This document shows, in pieces, positions 1 to 6,729 of a DNA stretch of 15,457 bases (within the stretch, counting starts at the first letter, position 1; each line of letters opens with the position of its first letter). The translations under genes were made by a program, and so were the position numbers. Source of the DNA: a candidate division WOR-3 bacterium. Its GTDB lineage: Bacteria; Hydrothermota; Tepidihabitantia; Tepidihabitantales; Tepidihabitantaceae. The stretch covers positions 1 to 15,457 of the forward strand of contig CBFGIT010000049.1 in the NCBI GenBank assembly GCA_965648905.1, in the 5' to 3' direction. The notes beneath the pieces were generated by a model. That model was not told where the DNA came from, did no database searches, and saw nothing but the letters and a program-made list of their open reading frames with translations.

Positions 1-92
1 AGTTGGACACGCTGGGCCGGACGCTGGGGCTCGCCGTGGAATCGAAGACAGAGCCCAGCCCTCAGACAACCGGTCAGAAACCCGCTGCCTGA
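1..92 (+). CDS. 3' end of an upstream gene (partial, unknown product)
   Basis: Frame open from position 3 (LDTLGRTLGLAVESKTEPSPQTTGQKPAA) to TGA at 90-92, followed by an intergenic, promoter-containing stretch. Confidence 0.45.
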   Translation, partial: LDTLGRTLGLAVESKTEPSPQTTGQKPAA

Positions 93-143
93 GATGGCAT
101 TTTACAGGAGATTCCGGACTTGACCCTTTCGCTGTTTCGTCTC

Positions 144-171
144 TTGACTTCGCCCGGCGGTTGGGCATACT
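144..171 (+). promoter_or_regulatory. sigma70-like promoter for the R-M locus
   Basis: TTGACT (144-149), 16 bp, CATACT (166-171). Confidence 0.55.
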
Positions 172-231
172 TCCGCATGTTTGACCGGTGGCAGGCTGCA
201 GCCTTGGGCACACTGGCAGCGGAGGAACGCC

Positions 232-363
232 GTGCCAGCGAGTAGGGCCAAGGCCGACAGGAGCCAGGAGCGTTTCTATGACGCCCTGAGGGAGCTGTTC
301 GTCGGTGCGAAGGTTGAGGGCGAGTCGGGCTTCATCAACCTGATGCGCATCAAGCGACGATGA
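232..363 (+). pseudogene. mod: N-terminal stub of a type III R-M Mod (DNA methyltransferase) subunit
   Basis: GGAGG RBS (221-225) then GTG 232. ERFYDALRELFVGAKVEGESGFINLMRIK matches from memory the N-terminal motif of one type III Mod family (F..aL.d.FiGaKiEG.sGfiNLm.iK). It stops after 43 aa, overlapping the next ATG (ATGA). Confidence 0.7.
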
Positions 364-1532
364 AGAGTAAGACGAAACCGCGGACTAGGCAATCAGGAGC
401 GACATATCCGCACGCGCATCCGCGGGAAACGGAAGGCTATGTCCGCGACGCCGTTGCGATCCATGAGCCGGGAATCGTGGAAGGCGGTTACGGCCTGCAA
501 TTCCAGCATTATCTATCAGAAGCACTGACCAGCCCTTTGTTCATGCTGGGCGATGCGCTTCACGTCTTGCGTGAACTGCCGGCGTCCTCGATTGACTTCT
601 GCATGACCAGTCCGCCTTACTGGGGCAAACGCAAGTATCACGACGGTGGTATTGGTTTGGAGGAGCGTTTCCAAGACTACATACGTAGCCTGCTTGCGAT
701 CTTCGCTGAGGTCAAGCGTGTACTGAAACCCACCGGGTCTTTCTGGCTGAACATCGGCGACAGCTACCTGGACAAGCAACTGCTTGGCATTCCGTGGCGT
801 GTCGCGCTGGCCATGATCGACCAGCAAGGCTGGGTTCTGAGAAACAGCGTGGTTTGGAACAAAATCAAGGGCGGCCCGGACAACTCGCTTGACCGCTTGC
901 GCAGCGTCCACGAAGACGTCTTCCACTTCGTGCGTACGCCGCGCGGCTACTACTACAATACAGATGCGATCCGATCCAACCCGAAGAAAGCCCGCGTCGT
1001 CAACGGGGCCATAGTGTCGGCAAGCGGTGTCACGGGCATCCGCTATCGCCGACAGATTGAATTGTCCACTGCGCTATCTGTTCAAGAGAAGCAAGCGGCG
1101 CTGCTCGCGCTGCAGGAGATGCTGGCTTCAGTCCAGCGCGGCGAAGTGGCGGATTTCCGGATGATAATACGCGGACAGCAGCGCACCACGCACTCCGATT
1201 CAGAGGTGGTTTCCGGCCGGGCACGCGAGGTCGCCGACCGAGGGTTCTACTTCTTGAAATATCATCCTAACGGCAGCAAGCCGTCGGACGTCTGGGACAT
1301 CCTGCCCGAGGACACGCAGAACCGCGACTCTCACTTCGCGCCGTATCCTGAGGACCTGTGCCGAATCCCGATAAACGCGACCTGCCCGGAGCAAGGGGTC
1401 GTCCTCGACCCGTTCTGTGGCACAGGCACGACGATGCTCGCGGCCATGCACCTCGGGAGGAAGTCCGTAGGCATTGATGTCTCGCGGCGATACCTGCGGA
1501 TTGCTGAAGACAGGTGCCGCCTGTTGCTATGA
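360..1532 (+). CDS. site-specific DNA methyltransferase, N4/N6 beta class (likely m4C)
   Basis: 390 aa. Catalytic motif IV TSPPY precedes the SAM-binding motif VLDPFCGTGTT; also GDALHVL, RVLKPTGSFWLNIGD, DVWDI and HFAPYP. Coupled to the downstream endonuclease by an ATGA overlap. Confidence 0.95.
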   Translation: MKSKTKPRTRQSGATYPHAHPRETEGYVRDAVAIHEPGIVEGGYGLQFQHYLSEALTSPLFMLGDALHVLRELPASSIDFCMTSPPYWGKRKYHDGGIGLEERFQDYIRSLLAIFAEVKRVLKPTGSFWLNIGDSYLDKQLLGIPWRVALAMIDQQGWVLRNSVVWNKIKGGPDNSLDRLRSVHEDVFHFVRTPRGYYYNTDAIRSNPKKARVVNGAIVSASGVTGIRYRRQIELSTALSVQEKQAALLALQEMLASVQRGEVADFRMIIRGQQRTTHSDSEVVSGRAREVADRGFYFLKYHPNGSKPSDVWDILPEDTQNRDSHFAPYPEDLCRIPINATCPEQGVVLDPFCGTGTTMLAAMHLGRKSVGIDVSRRYLRIAEDRCRLLL

Positions 1533-2398
1533 ACCGCGTGCTGGAGCTCTTCGGTAATTCGACGGCCGACGGGGCGTGCGATTGGCGCACGATCAGCGCT
1601 GAGCAGCAGTGCCCGTTTGTGGGCCGCAAGTGCATCAAGGTGCGGAAGAGCCAGCCATCGCTGGCGATCGGCACGTGTTGCGTCCTCTACGGTCAGGATC
1701 AAGTGCCGGTTGTGATCTGCCCGCTGCGCCTGCTGGAGAGGCGGCAGGTTGTTTCGGACTGCATCCACCTGTTGACACTGCACGAGCCCGGCAACGAGCT
1801 GCACCTTGTCCCGGAGGTGACCATTCCAGGCGGGAGCGTGGATTACTTCCTTGCGTCGGTCATTGATGGCGGAGTAGTTGACTTTGTTGGCATTGAGCTT
1901 CAGGCGCTCGACACAACCGGCACCGTATTTCCTGAACGCCAGCGATTCCTGCAGAGCGTCGGTTTGCGGGCGAAGAGCTCGGACGTTCGGTCGCGGAAGG
2001 GATTCGGCATGAACTGGAAGATGACGGCGAAGACGATCCTGGTTCAACTTCATCACAAGACGGAGACGTTCGAGCATGTCAATAAGCATCTCGTGCTGGT
2101 CGTGCAGGACCGCCTGCTGGCATACATGAACCGCGAGTTCCGGTTCGAGCAGTTGCATCAGGCTCGACTCGGCGACCCGGCGCACATCCACTCCTACCAG
2201 CTTCAGAAGCAGCCAGTGGGCGCGTATCGCCTCAAGCTAGATGCCCGACTCAGTACGGACTCCAGCGGCATTGCCCGTTGCATGGGCCTGCAAGCCGAGC
2301 CCAGGGTCGAGCTGGAGGAGATCATCCGGGCTTTGCAGGCGAAGATCTCGAGGGAAACTCAGTTCTCGCCCTTGCCCGGCGCCGGTCGCCCGGCGTGA
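1529..2398 (+). CDS. NotI-family type II restriction endonuclease
   Basis: ATG 1529 overlaps the MTase stop; 289 aa. N-terminal Cys cluster CPF..KC..RKS..IGTC..VICP.R and a PD-(D/E)xK-like core (SVDYFL...FVGIELQALDTTG), plus GMNWKMTAKTILVQL..K typical of NotI-like enzymes. Confidence 0.85.
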   Translation: MNRVLELFGNSTADGACDWRTISAEQQCPFVGRKCIKVRKSQPSLAIGTCCVLYGQDQVPVVICPLRLLERRQVVSDCIHLLTLHEPGNELHLVPEVTIPGGSVDYFLASVIDGGVVDFVGIELQALDTTGTVFPERQRFLQSVGLRAKSSDVRSRKGFGMNWKMTAKTILVQLHHKTETFEHVNKHLVLVVQDRLLAYMNREFRFEQLHQARLGDPAHIHSYQLQKQPVGAYRLKLDARLSTDSSGIARCMGLQAEPRVELEEIIRALQAKISRETQFSPLPGAGRPA

Positions 2399-2412
2399 AC
2401 GACATGAGGATG

Positions 2413-2481
2413 TCCCTTTCGAACCTGACCGGCAAGCGCATTAGGCGCATCAAGCCCGATCCGTTCGAGTCCGAAGACGGC
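2413..2481 (+). pseudogene. mod: C-terminal remnant of the same type III Mod subunit
   Basis: SLSNLTGKRIRRIKPDPFESEDG resembles the C-terminal motif of that Mod family (TLSNLTGKwIkkI....veFEDG), recalled from memory. It lies between the mod N-stub and res. Confidence 0.5.
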
Positions 2482-2521
2482 GCGTGGGAAGGCCAGCGTT
2501 CTTGAGTTGTAGCGACGCACC

Positions 2522-4014
2522 ATGACACACGGGCGCCGGAAGCACGAACACGCGGTGAGGGGCAAGATTCGTATCGACTGGGTGAATGGCGTTATTGTCG
2601 GGGTACTGCTGATTTTCGCTGGCTGCATCGTCGGTGCCGTGTTTGAGCTCCCCGCCCGGCAACTATGGTATTCGGTTTTGGGGACGCAGCCCAGTTCGGT
2701 TGAATGGTCTGGCCAACGGGTTACTACGCTGGACGACCAGAAACGTGTTATGCGCTCCATTCTGGTGGAGTGCGCGATAGACACGGTGGTACTAGTCGAC
2801 ATCGACGGTGATCGGAAGAAGGAACTTGTTCTCTCTGCCTCGGAGGGCACGGCCAAGCCAGGGTCCTTGATCGCGCTGACGGGCAGTGGAAGGAAGCTGT
2901 GGGAATGCAACACCTATGACTCGGCCGTCATGGGGAGCGAGGGCATTGGCGGGCACAGCGATCACTTCCGGACTGGGGCAATCGCGGTCGCGCCTGGGTC
3001 GGCGGTCGCTCTAACTACATCGCCGTAGTCAGCTTCGACCCCAATTGGTTCGCGAACCGTGTGGTGGTTCTCGATCCAAGGGACGGAAGACCATGCTGCA
3101 GTTTCTGGCATCCCGGGTCCATCGGGAAGATGCTTGTTTGTGACATTGACTGCGACGACACCCTGGAGATGGTCTTCTGCGGGGTGAACAACTCGCTCCA
3201 GCCTGCTCGTAACACCGAGTATGTGCCTATAGCATTTGCCTTCAGACCTCGCATGAACGAGCACTCGCAGGCCTTCCCGGGTGCCTTTCCGGACATGCCT
3301 GTCTCAGTTGGAGTGTGGTATGTCGTTATCCCTCCAGCGGGCGGGTCTCTCCTGCCGCCGACGATCGAGAAGCGCGGCAGAGACGGCGGCCCCATGGTCA
3401 AGCTGCAGACACAAGATGGTCGGTTCTACTACCTGAATAGCAGGTGTGAACTAGTCGGAGTAGCCGCTGGCGACAACTGGAAGGAACAGCACCCCAGCAC
3501 GGGCATCCCCACGCCGCTCCAGGCCAAGTTCGAGGCCGGAGAGTGGCAACTCGAGCCAGTTTCGACAAAGATCAAGGAGGGTACGCCCGACCTCGGGTAC
3601 TTGCATCTGAATCGGGCTCTCCATCACTACGGCCGAGGTGATTTCGACAGCGCGGTTGTAGAACTCGAGACCGCTGCCATGTTGAGTCCGGAGGTCAAGG
3701 AGTATGCTGACCTCTGGCTGGTGCGCGCCAGAAAGCACGGCGAGTATGGCTTCCTGGGAGCCCAATTAGAGAACGCACCGAGTGGAGGAGCCAGAATCGC
3801 CAAGACTGTCTTCGGCACTCCGGCTCAGACTGCCGGACTTCAGGAGGGTGATGTCGTGAGGGGAATCGGCAGCGTCAGCATAGCCAACTCACTAGAATTG
3901 AACAGGGAGTTGGCTCGGCGGAATCCAGGCGACAGAGTGGAACTGCTGGTGGAACGAGGTGGCAATCTTTCCAAGCAATCCGTGGTGCTGTCTTCGCCAA
4001 GTGATGTGAGGTAG
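2522..4014 (+). pseudogene. membrane-anchored FG-GAP/VCBS-like repeat + TPR + PDZ protein, split by one frameshift (~2996-2998); real pseudogene or sequencing error
   Basis: ORF 2522-3028 has an N-terminal TM helix and DIDGDRKKELV. ORF 3061-4014 has DIDCDDTLEMV, TPR-like helices (HLNRALHHYGRGDFDSAVVELETA) and a PDZ domain (GFLGAQL...GTPAQTAGLQEGDVV...PGDRVELLVERGG). The second frame is open from ~2920; adding one G to GGG 2996-2998 joins them into ~497 aa. Confidence 0.7.
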
Positions 4015-4150
4015 GCCCGGTGGAGTATGGCGACGTTGTCAACAGAGGAGGTTCGTCTCGACAGATGGTCGAGCCGGTGACTCGGACGGCGAAGGAGTCA
4101 AGCAGCGGCCCCGCGCTCGTGCGGTCATGCTGCGAGGCGAGCTGCCACAC

Positions 4151-4840
4151 ATGGCCCGAACGTTGCATCAGGAGATGATCGAGGGCAAGACATATGAGTC
4201 CCTTCCGGCCAGTTGGAGTTCGTTTGACCCGAAGAGCTTCTCGCGGCAGAAGCAGCTTTAGGACTACCAGCAGCAGGCAGTTGCCTCGGCCGTGGTCGCG
4301 ATGTGGAAGTACTACGAGGAATTCAGCGACTATCAGCGCGGCGAGAGCTTGGACGAGAACCTTGAGCGGAAGCGGCGGTTCTACCAGTGATATCAGCAGA
4401 ACGAGTTGCCGCAGGGGATGAACCTGACACTATCGCGGCTCGGGCGGCGCGTGCGACGGCTGCTCGACGACTACTACGACACGGCGGCGGGCCTGCCTGC
4501 CGCGACGCGGAATGCGGCGCAGGCAGGCGAGATTCAGTTCGAGAGCATCGTCAACCGGATGTGTTTCTGGATGGCGACCGGCTCCGGGAAGACTCTGGTG
4601 TTGGTCAAGCTCATCGAGGTCCTGCGCGGGCTGATTCTCGCCGGTGAGATTCCGCCGAATGACATCCTGGTGCTGACGCACCGGAAAGACCTGATTGAGC
4701 AGCTCAAGCGCCACGTCCAGGAGTTCAACTCCTCGCGCAACGACCTGTACATCCGCCTGCGGGAACTGAAGGAGTACGCCGAGGCGAAGCGGGGGAATCC
4801 CACCGCTTCGCGGCCAGGTCAAGGGGGTAGAGGGCGATAG
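4151..4840 (+). pseudogene. res: type III R-M Res (SF2 helicase/endonuclease) subunit, 5' part only
   Basis: Single frame from ATG 4151: LPASWSSFDPKSFSRQKQL*DYQQQAV...MWKYY...FYQ*YQ...INRMCFWMATGSGKTLVLVKLIEVL...ILVLTHRKDLIEQ (Walker A/motif Ia; the ORF track reads IVNRMCFW). In-frame TAG 4259-4261 and TGA 4388-4390; similarity ends at ~4803. Confidence 0.85.
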
Positions 4841-5138
4841 GCGGAAGGCAGAATGCGGAATGCAGAATACAGAAGGCAGAAGGCAGACTGCAAAGTGCAG
4901 AATGGCAGATGCCAAGAGCGGATGGCGAGCGGCGGAAGGCGGAATGGGGAAGGCAGAAGGCAGAATGCAGAATGCAGAGTGCAAAGGTCAGAATGGAAGA
5001 GTATGAGACCTGTCAACTGCAGGCAGTAGCCTTGGTTCGCCGACGTGCCCCCGAACTGGAACCGCAGAGCTTCAGCCGCTTCGCGGCCAAATCAGGTTGC
5101 AGAATGCAAGGGGCAGCCACCTGCCACTTCGCGGCCAA
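4803..5138 (+). repeat. three copies of a small hairpin repeat CCGCTTCGCGGCCA
   Basis: Exact 14-mer at 4803-4816 and 5076-5089; one-mismatch copy CCACTTCGCGGCCA at 5124-5137. The core CCGC-TTC-GCGG is self-complementary. Confidence 0.8.
4841..4994 (+). repeat. degenerate heptamer tandem array, consensus GCAGAA(T/G), 22 in-phase units
   Basis: gcggaag gcagaat gcggaat gcagaat acagaag gcagaag gcagact gcaaagt gcagaat ... gcagaag gcagaat gcagaat gcagagt gcaaagg tcagaat; 154 bp = 22x7. Confidence 0.9.
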
Positions 5139-5191
5139 GTGGAAGGGCAGAGGTCAAGTTGTAGAGGTCGAAATGGTGGATGGCTGCGGGC

Positions 5192-5557
5192 TCAGGTTCG
5201 GCGACTCGGCCTGAGCAGAGGACGGGAACGGATGCTGTTGGCGGTGACGACCGTGAACCGGCCTTCGAGAGGGAAGTCGCCGCCCAGAACACCGAGTAGG
5301 CGAGCCGTGATGTATTCCGGGGATATCGGTGGCAAGCGGAGCAGGATGACACCGGGTATGGCACGACGTTCGCGTACCACGAGCTGGCCGAAGTCCTTGT
5401 CGAATGTGAGCAGAACGCGGCCTTCATGCTCGGCCCGGTCGATGACGCTCAGGTCAGGTCTGCCCGGCGTGTCGGTGGCTGAGGCAACGTCATAGCCCCG
5501 GCCACGCAGTTCTTGGACCGATTCCATCGGGACGTTTTCGTTAGCGAGCAGACGCAC
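5192..5557 (-). CDS. DUF5615 PIN-like (VapC45-like) toxin
   Basis: 121 aa with MRLLANENVP...LRGRGYDV...D..VI..A..EGRVLLTFDKDFGQL...GVILLR, the typical DUF5615 PIN pattern; directly downstream of DUF433. Confidence 0.9.
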   Translation of the reverse strand: MRLLANENVPMESVQELRGRGYDVASATDTPGRPDLSVIDRAEHEGRVLLTFDKDFGQLVVRERRAIPGVILLRLPPISPEYITARLLGVLGGDFPLEGRFTVVTANSIRSRPLLRPSRRT

Positions 5558-5563
5558 CGGCCG

Positions 5564-5791
5564 TCAGGGCAGGCTGTAGACCGTTTCCTGCTTCAGCATT
5601 TCGGCCGAATAGTTGAGTGCCGCAAGGATGTCTTCGTGCCGAAGCTGGGGATAGTTCTTGAGTATCTCGGACTCGGGCCAGTCCTGAGCCAGGAGTTCGA
5701 TAATGAACTCAACGGCAATGCGGGTTCCTTTGATGACCGGTTTGCCTGCGAGCACCGCAGGGTTAATCTCAATCCGATCCTGAATGTCCAT
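5564..5791 (-). CDS. DUF433 family antitoxin (VapB45-like HTH)
   Basis: 75 aa from ATG 5791: RIEINPAVLAGKPVIKGTRIAVEFIIELLAQDW...ILKNYPQL..EDILAALNYS, the canonical DUF433 signature. Confidence 0.92.
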   Translation of the reverse strand: MDIQDRIEINPAVLAGKPVIKGTRIAVEFIIELLAQDWPESEILKNYPQLRHEDILAALNYSAEMLKQETVYSLP

Positions 5792-5797
5792 TGAGGT

Positions 5798-5825
5798 ATT
5801 ATAGACACTGGTATCGGAGAAGCAA
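5798..5825 (-). promoter_or_regulatory. promoter of the TA operon, probably leaderless
   Basis: Minus strand TTGCTT (5825-5820), 16 bp, TATAAT (5803-5798), then only 6 nt to ATG 5791; no RBS. Confidence 0.7.
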
Positions 5826-5900
5826 GCGTTCCAAGTCGTGTCGTGTCCGCATCGGCCGTGGCTGTAACCGGTCAATGGATATCAGGGCTGACAGCTTGCT

Positions 5901-6176
5901 GGGCTTCGCGCAATGCCGGCGGTTGAGCTTCTGGCAATGCCGTCTGTCGTGCCGTCCGGAGTGCCGGCGGTCGTGCCGGGAAGCGGGCCGCGTGAATGCA
6001 CGGCTGCCGTGCGGGTCAAAGCCGCCAGTCTCTTGCCGGCCGCAATTCAGAGTCGATTGCCGACCGGCTGGACTTCTGCAAGACAGAAGAGCATGTCCTG
6101 ACGAATGCCGGGACAAAGGCATTGAACCGGGACGCTGGTCAGCCCGACTGCAGTGACAATGGAAATGCTCTGGGGA
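5901..6176 (+). repeat. degenerate 12-bp-period array (NTGCCG-N6), + orientation
   Basis: NTGCCG in exact 12-bp phase at 5913, 5937, 5949, 5961, 5973, 6033, 6057 and 6105; variants GGGCCG 5985 and AGCCCG 6141. Confidence 0.75.
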
Positions 6177-6228
6177 ACTACCTGCCCGACGGTTACGAGC
6201 CGATGTCGGCAGTGCCGTCTTGCGCGCG

Positions 6229-6324
6229 TAACACCCTGATTGTCAAAGTGTTAGCAGTGGGGTGCAGGTTGTTTGTCGGCGGCATCAACGACAAAGGGTC
6301 CGCATGATAGTAATTACTATCATG
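6229..6324. other. AT-rich cluster of three inverted repeats including a perfect 22-bp palindrome
   Basis: TAACACccTGAttgTCAaaGTGTTA (6229-6253); TTTGTCG-N10-CGACAAA (6272-6295); CATGATAGTAATTACTATCATG (6303-6324). Confidence 0.8.
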
Positions 6325-6435
6325 GGCCGAGAAGGCGGGAACGGGTCTAAATGAATATCGCTCAAAGGGATACGAAGCTGGCCTGGGCCAGACCCTCCCC
6401 GGCTCCCCAAGTAGTATCTGAGTGCGCGCTTGAAA

Positions 6436-6660
6436 GCACGGTCGTGCGGGCTTTTCCTTGGGTCTTGGCTGTTCTGATGCCGGATGTGCCTGCCTGGGCA
6501 GTGCATTAGACGTTGTCTTGAGCAGTCGCGCGCCCCATGCCGCGCTTGATGGTGCGAGCAGAAGCTCGGGCAGGGGCCAAGGCAGTTGTTGCCGTGGTGA
6601 GGCGTACGGTTGATTGCCTGTTTGCGACGGCATTTGACGCGGTGTCTTGTTCGGCTTTGC
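6436..6660 (-). repeat. degenerate 12-bp-period array, - orientation
   Basis: Minus-strand hexamers in one 12-bp phase (plus-strand starts): AAGCCG 6652, ACACCG 6640, ATGCCG 6628, CTGCCT 6580, CTGCCC 6568 and 6496, CTGCTC 6556 and 6520, AGACCC 6460, AAGCCC 6448. Confidence 0.6.
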
Positions 6661-6729
6661 GCTTGATGACGAGCGCATCTGCCACCGGCTCGAAAGCCGG
6701 CCGCGACCTGGCTTGGCTGCTGGTTCGGG

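Noticed and set aside
516..2913. Long antisense ORFs over the R-M genes (e.g. 1331-2191 on -)
   Set aside because: Shadow ORFs expected in GC-rich coding DNA; no domain signal.
4027..4080. 17-aa ORF after GGAG between the PDZ gene and res
   Set aside because: No recognisable similarity and too short to support.
4430..5214. ORFs 4430-4984 (-), 4819-5016 (-) and 4909-5214 (+)
   Set aside because: Translations of the heptamer array (HSAFCIL-type repeats) or antisense to res; no independent coding evidence.
6229..6420. oriC, or a firm dif annotation
   Set aside because: No DnaA boxes (TTATCCACA) seen. The XerD arm match is only 5/11, and the GGGCAGGG KOPS-like octamers seen to the right (6568, 11533, 15358) point away from the site.
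4803..6660. CRISPR array or integron attC interpretation of the repeats
   Set aside because: No 23-50 bp conserved repeats with unique regular spacers, no cas genes, and no convincing RYYYAAC...GTTRRRY cassette structure or integrase.
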